In this document: positions 52,065 to 64,000 of the stretch, one piece after another
Numbering within the stretch: position 1 is the first letter of the stretch
Layout: every line of letters begins with the position of its first letter
From: the human T2T-CHM13v2.0 reference genome, Homo sapiens
DNA length: 64,000 bases
Direction: 5' to 3' (one strand)
Assembly (NCBI RefSeq): GCF_009914755.1
Contig: NC_060931.1
The notes under the pieces: generated by a model
Database searches by the model: none
The model's input: the letters and a program-made list of their open reading frames with translations, nothing else
Told to the model about the DNA's origin: nothing
Position numbers and translations under genes: made by a program

Positions 52065-53893
52065 TTGCTGTGTGCCCAACACTTTCACGGGCTGTGCCAC
52101 ACCCTTCAGGTTACGCTTAATTATACACTGACTTGCCCCATTTATTTTCCTCTCTCGCCTTGCTCCATAAGAGGCTTTTAGGCAACGACTCCTCCTTTTC
52201 TTTGCCGAGAGGTTTGTTTCTGTTATAACTTTTCAAGACTGACTCCATTGTTTATTTTTGGAGCCAACTAGTCTTAGACCTCAGACCTCAGCACACTCAA
52301 CAGGCCTCAACATGTTTTGAGGGCCTGCCGGAGAAGGCCCAGGCCTCACGGGTGCAGGTCCTACAGAAACCCAGTATCTGAGAGCAGCCTCTGTCCATGT
52401 TCTGACACTGGTCAGACCACACCTGTGCAACGCTCACTCCCAGGCCGCAGGGGGCTTTTGGTCTTTTAGGACTGACTCCTTCATTTGACCAGTCATGGTG
52501 TCATGCAGACTAAAGCAAAAGCTATAAATGGTGGGATTTGGGCAGAGCCCCAGAGTTAAACCCCCTCAAGCGTCAAACTCCAGAAAAAACAATTCCAGAT
52601 CTTGCCGCATGACAGTTATGCACAGAAAGGGGACATGAGGAGCCATTCCAAATGTGAATCAGAGGTAATTTGCATTCAGCGTGTCAGCAGCCACATTTAG
52701 TCCCTGTAAGCTTAATTAAGGCAGACAGTAGCTCATCTGCAATCACGGCCAGTGCATCACCAGGCTTTCATGACACACCGTGTAAGCTGGCAGAACGGCT
52801 TTAGAGGGAGCTGTGGGGTGTGAGGAGCCTGCCCGGGCCCAGCTGTGCTCTCCCGGCGCCAGGTGTCTGTGTGCCTGGCCTCTGGGAGGGCTCCGGAGAG
52901 CTCCTTCTGACCTGTGACTTAGAAACTGAGGGTGCAGCATCACTACCCTTGCTACAGAATCCCAGAGGAGCCTTGGGGGCCCTCTGCTGTCATCCCCACC
53001 CTCACCCCCCCACCCCCCACTTTTCATTGAGGAAGATACTGAGTCCAGAGATGAAGAGTGACTCATTCAAGGTCACAGGGCCACAGAGAGCCATGCTGAG
53101 CCACTGCTCACAACATAGCCGGCTTCTGCTAGACAGACACCCTGCATGAAGCTTCTCCCTGAAGCCAGGCAGGTCCTGGGCTCCAGTCACCCACCAGCCC
53201 CAGCATGACTGTGCACCTGCCTCGGCTTCCTCAACCACACAATCAGCACCCAGAACACGCAGTCCTTTATTTTAAGCCTTGAAGGAGGAGGCCCATGAGG
53301 CAGCATCCTTATGATCACTGTCATATGCCACAAATCAGAGGAGGCCGCAGAAGGAAGGAACCAAGTTCCTTCATGAGGATGTCAGCCTGGCTTGGTCGTG
53401 CCTGCTGGGATGGGCATTTCAGAGAGCCACACGGCAGGAGGAAAGTCCGGCCGGAGCAGAGGGAGGTGAGGGAGGAGCAGTGAGGAGGCTCAGCCCCAGG
53501 TGTCTGGGTCCCATGTGACCCTTATGGTCACAGAAGGTACAGCAGATGTCACAACTCCAGTCGTGGGGCCCCAGGGTGGCTTCTCCCTGGATAGTTCCTT
53601 TGCCTCCTTATGCAGCAAAGGGGTCTTTGGGACTCCTTGGGAAGGGACAGCCCCCAACCTCAGGCACACCCACCACTGAGTTTGCTGGGGGGGGCCCTGA
53701 GGGCGGGCCTCTGTGTCCCTTCTGTCTGTGGGTAATGGGGTGCTCGGGTGCCCCTTTTCCAGGAGGCTGCTCATTACTAGCCCAGAGGTAGGAAGGGCCC
53801 GCACCCCTCTTTACTTCACCATGAGTGGGCTTCAGAGGTAGAGTGAAAACACCCAGGCTTTCAGGGGTTGTTCCCGGGGCCAGTTGGAAGGAA

Positions 53894-54348
53894 TGTCTTA
53901 GTGTGTTTGCGTTGCTATAAAGGAACACCTGAGGCTGAGTGACTTAGACAGAAAAGAGGTTTATGTGGCTGATGGTTCCGCAGGCTGTACCCAAAGCATG
54001 GAGCCAGCATCTGCTTCTGGTGAGGCCTCAGGCTGCTTCCTCTTATGGAGAAAGGTGAAAGGAGGCCAGCGTGTGCAGAGCTCACAGGGCAAGAGTGGGA
54101 GTGAGGGAGGGGGGAGGTGGGGCTGGAGAGGGAGCAAGGGAGCTGGGAGGTGGTGCGGGCTCCTTTTCACAGTCAGTTCTCACGGGAGCTAAGAGTGAGC
54201 ACGCACTCACTCCCTTGCAAAGGGCACTGAGCCACCCAGGAGGGATCCGCCCCCACCATCCAGACACCTCCCGCCAGACTCCACCTCCAACCCTGGGGAT
54301 CACATTCCAACAGGAGATTTGGAGGGGACAAATATCCAAACGGTATCA
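53894..54348 (-). mobile_element. MST (MaLR) solo LTR
   Basis: TTGCTATAAAGGAACACCTGAGGCTG...GCATCTGCTTCTGGTGAGGCCTCAGG...GGGGACAAATATCCAAAC..TATCA. Confidence 0.82.
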
Positions 54349-55004
54349 CCGCCTCCCTCCTGGATGAAGCTGTGCCCTAAACGGTACCTGAAACCTGCCA
54401 TATTCCCAAACACAGAAAAAAAAATCATGGTTGATCTAGACAAAGATACCGCAAACGTAGCGTGCTGTCTTCAGTCAGATCAATGCACTCCCTCCAGCTC
54501 AGCAACTCCGATTTGCGTGCACAGGGTGTCTCTCCTGCCGCCTGCAGCTTAGTCGTCTAATCGTGTTTCTCACCCTTGTTTGAATAGCTCTATTATATCT
54601 GTGCTTTGTATTGTATGTGATCTCACATATTTTCCTTCTAAGTAGGACAGGTACAAATCATGCATTTTATTTATAACTCTGCAGTTAAGATCAGAATCTG
54701 ACAGTGCAAAATGGCTGAGGATTATAGAGAAAAAACACTGCTGGTGAAACAGGCTGATGTGCTCACCTTGCTTTCACCCTCTTCTGGGTTTTGATAGTCT
54801 CATCACTCACACAAAGACAAATGCTCATTATGTAGTTAATTATTCAGCCAGGAGGCATTTATCGACTATAATCTCCATGTGGCCAGCACATAAGTGGCAT
54901 GTTTTTTGGAGGATACAAAGAGAAAATACTGGTCCCAAATGCCCAGAGAGGGGAGAAGACGGCTCCTTTCCATGGAACATGAACACGCCAGCCCTCACTC
55001 ATTA

Positions 55005-55128
55005 GTCCTTATAGCTGTAATTATAGCACTTTGAGAGGCCAAAGCAGGCAGATCGCTTGAGCCCAGGAATTTGAGACCAGCCTGGACAACATAGTGAGAC
55101 CCTGTCTCTGAAAAAATAATAAAAAAAA
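55005..55128 (+). mobile_element. FLAM / Alu monomer
   Basis: Single left arm ending in an A-tail. Confidence 0.8.
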
Positions 55129-55750
55129 TCGACCTCTGATCTTTAACGCATTTTTGGTGGTAGGTGTTGTCACTACTTCACAGATGAAGAAATGGAGACT
55201 TGGGGAGATTAAACAGCATGGTAGAGATCACACAGCAGTAAATGGCAGCGCCAAGACCTCACTGCTCTGTGGGCCCCAAAGCAGCTGCCCGGCAGGGGAG
55301 CCGCAGGGGAGCCAGGCGGAGTCATCCCACTTTAGACGACTGACCCCAAGCCTAAGTGGCCCCTGCGTTGCCCAGGACACAGTAGACTCCCCAGGACCCG
55401 CTCCCCCAGATGGCCATCTTGCTGCCTGAAAAAGGCGTCCTGATCCAGACCGCAAGAGAGGGCTCCTGGGTCTTGTGCAGGAAATAATTCAAGCCGAGAA
55501 TTCGGATTGCGTGAGAAGAGAGAATTTATTGAAAGCTGCTCAGTGTGCAGCCCCATCCGGGAGGACCCCTCCTGGATCCTTCTCAGCAGCCATGGTACCC
55601 TACATGCTTTCCTCTCCCACCCCCCAAAATTCCATCCTGGCCCCCATCCCCCTCCAGGTACTGCCCCCTTTCTCTGTTCCCTTTACAACAACACTCCTAC
55701 AAAGTGCTGTCTAGCCTTACAGTGTCTTGGGGTTTTTTTTCCTGAGTTTC

Positions 55751-56053
<303 letters not shown>

Positions 56054-57520
56054 TCCTGATTTTTCTCTAGCCCTCCTCCAATAGGACTTTCTTATCAATG
56101 CTCCATTGGAAGGTTCTAACCATCTTATCACTAAATCTGCTGGCTGGTCCTTGACTCTCATCCTACTCACCTCCCAGCAGCACCAATGGGGTGGTCTCTC
56201 CCTCTTCCTTGAAGCCCTTTATGCCCTCCGCTTCCTGATGCCACACTGTGGTTTTCCTTCTCCATCACTGGCTCACGTGCTTGTTCCTCCTGACCGACCA
56301 GTGACGGTGGCTCCAGGGTCCATCCTGGGACCTCTTGTCACTCGCTTGGTGCACTCATCCCATCTGTGGCTTCATAGATCACCTCATCAGTGATGACTCC
56401 CAAGAGGTCCATGGACTAGACCCCTCCATGAACTCCAGACCCGTATCTCCAAACACCTCCTTGACCTCTCCCATTGGGTGTCTCATAAACCTCCCGGACT
56501 GGAACCCGGGTCTCCCACCACACCCTCAGCTGGTCTTATCATCCGCTCCCCCTCTTGTATGACCTCGCCAGCCTTTCGGGGACTCAAGCCATGGCAGAGT
56601 TGCCCCAGTACATTGTTTCCTCATACCCACTTCATTCCTTCTGCATGCCCACTTCCCATCCACCACCAAACAGGTGGTCCTACTGTCAAAGCACAGCCAG
56701 TGGCCACTTGTCACCACCGCACCTGTGCCAGCCTGCTCCAAACTGGATCATCTGTCAGGTGGCAACAGGTTTCTATTTCCGCCACCGCCCCTACTGTGAT
56801 CTATTCTCAAAGCAACAGAGTGATCTTCTGTCAGAAACCCTCCGAAGGCTCTGCTTCTCGCTCACGTAAAAGCCAATGACCCACAGGGCCTTAAGGATCT
56901 GCCCTCCTCTCCTCTCTGAGCTTGTCTCCCCCAACTCATCCCCTCCTTCCCTCCACTCCAGAAGCTGTCGCTTCAACATGCCAGGCTCCCTCCTGCCTTG
57001 GGGACTTTGTGCTGGCTGGCCTCTCTGCCTGGAGCGTCCTTATATCTAGACACTCAGATGACTCACCTTCTCCTTCCCTGTAGTTCTCCACTCACAGTTC
57101 TCTTCTCTGTGAATCCTTCCTGGACCCCACTTTAAAATGGAAATCCCAGTACTCTGTGTGGCCGCACATACACTACAATTGGAACAATACGGAGAAGATG
57201 AGCACAGCTTCTGTGCAAGGATGACACACAGATTCGTGGTGTTCAAAAAATAGATGCATAAATAATGGAAACCCCCTTTCCTGACACTTCCTACCTCGCC
57301 TTTGCTTATTTTTCTCCTTGGCACGTGTCACCTTCTAATGCACTACCTACCTTACCTATATACCATGACTACTGTCTGCTCCACACAAGGTTTTAAGCCC
57401 CATGAGGACAGAGACGTTTGTCTGTTTTGTCCAGGCTCCAGAACCCAGTACAGTTGCCTGGCACTTAGTAGGTGGTCAATCGATGTTGAGTGAGTGAATG
57501 AATGAATGAATGAATGAATG
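56054..57520 (+). mobile_element. L2 3' portion (interrupted by the U6 copy)
   Basis: Pyrimidine-rich L2 body ending TGCCTGGCACTTAGTAGGTGGTCAAT...(GAAT)n. Confidence 0.75.
57149..57250 (+). pseudogene. U6 snRNA retropseudogene (possibly RNU6-604P; symbol not verified)
   Basis: GTACTC...GCACATACACTACAATTGGAACAATACGGAGAAGATGAGCACAGCTTCTGTGCAAGGATGACACACAGATTCGTG aligns along nearly the full length of U6. It has an A-tail and a degenerate TSD (AAAATGGAAATCCC / ATAATGGAAACCCC). Confidence 0.9.
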
Positions 57521-58569
57521 TGACACAGGCCAAGAGCTGTGGGGCATTGTGGAGGAAGCCAGAAGGCGTGCATTCCCCACTGAGAGTGCTTCACCAAGGA
57601 AGCTTGAGCTGAGCCTTGAAGGACGGGTGAGGTTCAGTGAAATCATAATAACGGTTGGGATAACTGCTAGGGTGAGACTTGTGAAATCTTAGGCACTGCT
57701 TCTTCAGGGCTCTACTCTCAGGGAGAGGAAGGGGCAAGTCCTGGAGAAGCCAAGTGCAAGGTGGGTTCAGGAAATTGGCAGGTGAAACAGGACTCCTGGT
57801 GCACTGGGGTTTGAAATGGAGCTCCAGGGACATCCAGGGAATACCGCAAATCATTAGGTCCCTGTCATAAGCTGCCTGTGGCAACAAAATATCTTCCCTT
57901 GGCCCCAGTCAAGAAAAGAAAGTGATTCACATTGAGCGCTAGGAATCACGTAGGCCTGAAGTGCCTTCTCGTGGCTATGCCTGCCTTCCAGGGAAATCTC
58001 TTGCAGGGGAAGAAAGGAAAAGTGTGCGGATCAATCGTCAATGATTGGGCAGTGACTCCCAATTCCAGTGAAACTCTGGTAATTATGCATCGCCATGACG
58101 ACCGCTGCACTCCAGACGAAGCTGCTTTTAACTCCATCAGAGGCAGACGCGCTCTGTGCACTTTTCAACCTCAGTCTGAAATGCTGAAACCACAAGCTTC
58201 GTTCTCGGAATCCCATGTAGAAAGCCAGAACTCCACCTTCAGGAAAGGGAGGGCTCGGGGACACATTCCCACCCTGCTCAAAAACCCTCTCCAAAATACT
58301 GCGTCTATTACTCCAGGGCTCCCACCCTCCTGTCTACTGTCTGTTCCCTCGCGCCCACACCCACCCCACTTTTGCCAAATGTATGTACTCATCCCTTTCT
58401 GAAGGCACTGGGGAGGAGAGCAGTAGATAGACAAACTGAGGAATGAAAGAGAACAGAATGTTCTGGAAATCGCAGAAAATCTGGCTTGGGCTGGAGCACA
58501 TGGGGACGGCAGGGCACGTGCTGAAGAGGAAGGACATTGAGGTCCTGGGTTGACTTCAGCTCTCCCACC

Positions 58570-58950
58570 GGCCAGTGACATGTGGGGCAAGTTTGTCAGC
58601 CACCGAAGCTCGAGTTCCTCACCTGTAAAATAGAGAAGATAATGCCCCCTTGCAAATCCGTGGCCCGAAATAAATGAGGCCAAGTGTGAGAAAGCGTCTA
58701 GCACAGAAGGAGACAGGAGGGGCTCTGGATGCCCCAAGAGGGTGGGAGGGAGGTCCTGTCACTCCTCATCAAGGATCTGGGTTTTGTCAGGTGGGTAGCG
58801 GGGAGTCAGGGAAAGATTTAAAGCTGGGGAAGGGCTGGTGTTATCATTAAACCCATTTTACAGATGACAACACTGAGGTACAGAGAAGTTAAGTAACTTG
58901 CTCAACCCACGTAGTTTGTGGGTGGCAGAACTGGATTTAACCCCTGCTCC
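58570..58950. mobile_element. MIR fragments (both orientations)
   Basis: GTTCCTCACCTGTAAAAT and CCCATTTTACAGATGACAACACTGAGGTACAGAGAAGTTAAGTAACTTGC. Confidence 0.65.
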
Positions 58951-60280
58951 TAACCACCATTATGGTTATTCTTCCTTCAGCCGAACAAAGAAGAAGGGCT
59001 TGAACACTAAAGAAATGTCATGCATTGAGGTAGAAGAACTGACTGATGAACAGAGGAAAAACTGAACTTGGCCGTCGTTCCAACCTAGTGGTTAAGCTGC
59101 TGAAAAAAAGAGAAGAATTTACATAATCTGCATATTCATCAAGGGAGCATCTTGAACCAAGATAGATCCGTGGAGCCAGTGGCAGGACTACCCCTGGCCA
59201 AATATTTCGCACATGGGCCAATCTAAGCTCTGCTTATTCCCGAGGCCAACCACGAGGCCTTGTTGAGCTTGGAGAAGAATCTGAGTGAGCAGCCGTCTTC
59301 CGTCCTCCAGCATGGCAGACTCATGCAGATCTGGAAGGGAGAGGTCCCAGCGTCAGGATTCAGAAATGCTCACCCACACGTACACAACAAAGAAATGTGC
59401 GCCAAGCAAAGGAAAGCCAGAGGTTAGCAACAGGGGAGCCGCTACCGGCACTGGTCACATAATCCGTGGGGCCCCTGCAAAATGAACCCACAGCGCCCCT
59501 TTGAAAATTAATAACAGTTGAAGACGACAGCACAGCCTGGAACCAAGAGCAGGGCCTTTGACGACGTTCAGGGGTGACGACGCCCTCCCTTCCTCCCCCA
59601 CTGTGCCTCTGACCCTATATTTTTCGTTTTATTTTGAAACAATGTCAAGCTTATAGAAAAGTTGCAAGTACTATGCAAATAACACTTTTTTTCTTACTGA
59701 ACTGTTTGATGGTAGATTCGAGGCTGAGACATTTGACTTTCTAGGAAACCTCAGTAGTTTATGGGGACAGTAGAAGAGTCTGTTTGATGCTGTGGTTTTT
59801 GTCATTGCATCCTAACGGGCGGGGCACAACGGTGATATGTCCCGTTTCTGATGTTCACGTGGATTACGTGATGAGAACGGTATCCAGACTTCACTCTTCT
59901 GTCCTTTGTAATTAGTTTCCTTATCACTATTCTGTAGAAGAGGCAATAAAGGCCTTTTGCATTCATATTGGTGCCCAGATCATTAAGATTATTTGGAGAA
60001 AGATTTTTATCTGTATATGTGTGTATACACATATGTATATATACAAATAGATGTATAGGTCTGTGTATGTTTATATACATACACTTATATTATGTTATCT
60101 GGTTTCCAAAACAGATTTGCATCAGTTTAAGAAAAAATAACAGGATAACTAAAAAATTGTGCAGTCATTTAAATACTCTTATACTCTGCTGGTGGGAGTG
60201 CCAATTAGTATAATGTTTCTGAAATGCATCTTATCATATAAAGTCTTAAAATGTTTAAATATTGGCCAGGCACGGTGGTT

Positions 60281-60348
60281 CACACTCACTCTCACCCCAC
60301 ACACACCCACACACTCACACACACACACACACTCACACACACACACAC
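60281..60348. repeat. Interrupted (CA)n
   Basis: Direct inspection. Confidence 0.85.
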
Positions 60349-60827
60349 CCTCCAACACATACATATGGGATTATCAGCTGAAGAACTTAGAATGACTAGA
60401 AAAATAAAAAGAGATCAAATAGAAAACAGAGCTTAGAGACGGGGGGGTAGAATGAGCACTGTGATAGGAGTTCCAGAGAGGAGACTGCCCTTTTCCTCAC
60501 TTGTGCTGCTTGGAGTGTGTGGCCAATGGCCGTACGCCTGAGATCTTCTCCAGAGACGTGTGCTCAGCCTACAAGAGCCACCCTGCTGAGGAAATTATAC
60601 TCCTCCACCTAGGGCAGGACTGGTGGACACAGGGATACACAAGCCCAGGCCTCAGCTTGAGGCTGGACAGCTCTGCAGACCACCCTCCCTCCCAGGATCT
60701 GGTCCAGATTAGATGTTGCCTGAGGCAGCACCCGCCCCTCCTGCTCCCCTCGCTCCCTTGGAGGTTTTTCCTGAGTGAGCCAGCTGCATGTGCACGCTGT
60801 CTCAGGATCCACCTCCAGGAACCCGGC

Positions 60828-61173
60828 TGCTGTGGGTTGAATTGTGTCCCCCAGAAAGACATGTTGAAGTCCTAACCCCCAAGACCTGGGGATGTGTCCT
60901 AATTTAGAAATAGGGTCTTTGGAGTTGCATTTAAGGTAAGATGATGCCAGACTCCATTAGGGTGGGTCTTCACCCACTGGGATTGATGTCTTTACAAGAA
61001 GAGATGAGACATAGACAAAGACACACTGAGAGAGGCCGTATAATGATGGAGGCAGAGATCTGAGCCATGTGCACTCATAGCCAAGGACTGCTGGCAACAC
61101 CAGAAACTAAAAGAAAGGCATGGGACAAAGTCACCCACCCCTAGATGTTATGACAGCCATGGGAAACTAGGAC
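60828..61173 (+). mobile_element. MLT1 solo LTR (internally deleted)
   Basis: TGTGGGTTGAATTGTGTCCCCCAGAAAGACATGTTGAAGTCCTAACCCC start. Confidence 0.75.
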
Positions 61174-61370
61174 ACTGACCTAAGCCAGCAGCCTTGGGTG
61201 TGCAGAGGGGAGTGCTGAAAGGATAGGGTTGGGTCACCGATGGCTGCTGGGGGCAGGGGCAGCCTGCCACCCTGACCCGGGGCCCTGTGGGAATCCTGCC
61301 ATTTGGCACACACCACCCATGTAAGGGGCTCCCTCTAGAGAGATGGCAAGTGGGAAAGCAAGCCCAGACT

Positions 61371-61552
61371 GCAGAGGAGACCCGCGCCAGCCATTGCTGT
61401 CAATCAGCAGAGGAGACCCGTGTCAGCCATTGCTGTCAATCAGCAGAGGAGACCCGTGTCAGCCATTGCTGTCAATCAGCAGAGGAGACTCACGCCAGCC
61501 ATTGCTGTCAATCAGCAGAGGAGACCCGCGCCAGCCATTGCTGTCAATCAGC
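61371..61552. repeat. 36-bp minisatellite x5 (GCAGAGGAGACCCGYGYCAGCCATTGCTGTCAATCA)
   Basis: Five near-identical head-to-tail units. Confidence 0.95.
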
Positions 61553-61806
61553 CTAGTTTTTAAAAATATAAACAGACAACAAGGGTTACCAGGTACTTGA
61601 GAAAAACCAACGGCATAGAAGAAGGCATGAATCAATATGAACCAATAAAACATCGAACCCATGAGAAAACCATGATCATTAGGAAATAAAAGACTTTTTA
61701 TTTCTAACTGGTATTATGGGAGAGATTCAAGGTGTTAGTCCATAAAACAAGAAGTTGTAAAAAGTAGCAATCAGAGAGAAGTTCTTAGAAGTTAAAAATA
61801 TTATTA

Positions 61807-62159
<353 letters not shown>

Positions 62160-63493
62160 TCAAGATGAATGCATTGGGTAGGCAGATGACAGATGATTAC
62201 AAAGCCAAATGACGTAGTGATCAGGTGCAAAGTATTATTTTGTCAAACACACACACACAAAAAGTCAATTGGAACTCCAGGAGAATAAAAATCTATAAGA
62301 AACCGGTGATCTACTGAGAAGCAAACTTAAATGCAGAACGACTTGGAGCAATTAAAGGCATAAGAAGAGAGAATCCACTGGCGTCAGCTCTGGGCATAGC
62401 AGCAGCAGGCGTGTCTGTTCTCTCACTGGTGGGTCCAGTGGTGCACCCTGGCTTCATTGCAGATACCTGGCGTGGCGGATGGGATGGATAGAATGGCCCT
62501 CAGAGGAGGTCCACTGTCTTCTTAGTGCTCCTCCCTCTTTTGCAGAGGCTAAGAAGCAAAACCCATGGTTTCAGACTCCCTCCCGGTGGAGTTGCATTTG
62601 TGATTTATGTTTGGCCACCAGATGTGCTTCACGGAAGGTGGAAGTGGGGCGAATGTGAGCTTGTCCGCTCTCTTTTTGTCTGCTCTTTTTGCTAACAAGC
62701 GTGGTCACCAAGACACTGGGTTGTCTGCTGTTTTTTCTGCGGCAGCGTTAACAGCACCATGATGCCCAGAGACAGGGCATCAGGCTTCTGTTTTTTTTCT
62801 GAGGTGGATGTTGCTCTTGGAGCATGGTTCAGGAGCCTATAAAAGCATGAGGGGCAGCTTCTTGACCTTGTGTCACACTCGAACTGGCTTCCTGGAACCC
62901 ACAGCACGTCTCAACTTTCCTGTTGGGGCAGAGATGGCAGCTGCCCTGGCTGGACACTTGTGGGAGTCGTTCCTGAAAGTCCTACCTAGAGCCTTGTCTG
63001 CCAGCCCTTTGAAAACATTTGAAAGCATCTAGTTCCTTCTAGTAAATCTCTTTTGGTTTAAAATAGCCACCATGGTTCCTATTAACTGCAACTGAACCAA
63101 TAAAAGTGGTTTTCAATATTTAGAATTAACCTGTAGAAAAATATTTTAAAGTTATAGAACAGGATATAGAAGCTATAAATCTTAACTGTAAAAGGATTAG
63201 TGAGGCTGAAAGACACAGGAAGGTGAGAAGAGGTAGAGAGAAGTGGGAAGTGATCAGTCCTGCAACTTAACTATCTAGTTCATGGATCGAGAATAGATGT
63301 TTTGGTTTCTTTTATATTTTTAAAATTATAGATGCAATTAATGGATGAGCCAAAAGCAAAAATATAATTTAAAAAACTTGGCAGATGAGAAAGAGGAGGG
63401 AAGAGAGATAAAACCCATTTCTGGCAATAATACTGTCTAAAAATTAATAGAAAAACAGGGTTAGCACACATTTATAGTTAGAATGTAACCACT

Positions 63494-64000
63494 GGTTTGT
63501 TGAAGATCTGATGGTTTTAAGTGTGTGGTCTTATTTCTGCATTCTCTATTCTGTTCCATTGGTCTATGTGTCTGTTCTTGTACCAGTACCATGCTGTTTT
63601 GGTTACTGTAGGCTTGTAGTATAGTTTGAAGTTGGGTAGTATGATGCCTCCAGCTTTGTTCTTTTTGCTTAGAATTATCTTGGCTATTTGGGCTCTTTTT
63701 TGGTTCCATATGAATGTTAAAACAGTTTTTTCTAATTCTGTGAAGAATGACAATTGTAGTTTAATGGGAACAGCATTGAATCTATAAATTGCTTTGGGCA
63801 GTATGGCCATTTTCACAATATAGATTCTTCTTAACCATGAGCATGGAATGTTTTTCCATTTGTTTGTGTCATCTCTGATTTCTTTGAGCAGTGGTTTGTA
63901 ATTCCTTTTGAAGAGATCCTTCACTTTCCTTGTTAGCTGTATTCTTAGGTGTTTTGTTCTGTTTGTGGTAATTGTGAATGGGAGTTCATTCATGATTTGG
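63494..64000 (-). mobile_element. Primate L1 (L1PA/PB) ORF2 fragment, runs off the window end
   Basis: ORF 63517-63993 (…KWKNIPCSW…[13 protein letters not shown]…[19 protein letters not shown]…) is L1 ORF2p C-terminal to the RT domain. Confidence 0.93.

Noticed and set aside
50963-52181. 385/323-aa proline-rich extensin-like ORFs
   Set aside because: MLT1 LTR fused to the C-rich VNTR.
61371-61552. 36-bp repeats as a CRISPR array
   Set aside because: Units are contiguous with no unique spacers, there are no cas genes, and the context is human.
63517-63993. 158-aa ORF as a host gene or active reverse transcriptase
   Set aside because: Diverged L1 ORF2 fragment terminating prematurely.

Overview
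Human (primate) genomic DNA, GC-rich and repeat-rich, recognisable as the 5' end of PRKAG2 (AMPK gamma-2 subunit, 7q36.1) on the minus strand. The only credible protein-coding sequence is exon 1 (33334-33447, 38 codons, [12 protein letters not shown]...RVHIP), which ends at a canonical GTGAGT donor. Positions 1-33333 are part of the long first intron. A CpG island (~32480-35240) forms a bidirectional promoter shared with the plus-strand lncRNA PRKAG2-AS1 (~33870-36050). The remainder is upstream intergenic DNA with Alus, MaLR/ERVL LTRs, L2, L1, MIR, hAT fossils, a U6 retropseudogene and an unusually rich set of minisatellites. Nearly all ORFs in the track are artefacts of repeats or GC content. 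I found no evidence for a new multi-gene system. The most promising undescribed-looking signals are regulatory: (i) a 36-bp x5 minisatellite in which every unit carries a perfect PBX-MEIS/PKNOX decamer; (ii) a compact NBRE + CCAAT + CRE/C-MARE module about 1.1 kb upstream of PRKAG2; (iii) a uORF with two in-frame starts in the PRKAG2 5' leader; (iv) large intronic VNTRs with higher-order structure; (v) strong cryptic splice acceptors in intron 1. Repeat subfamily calls and transcript ends come from recalled consensus sequences and are approximate.
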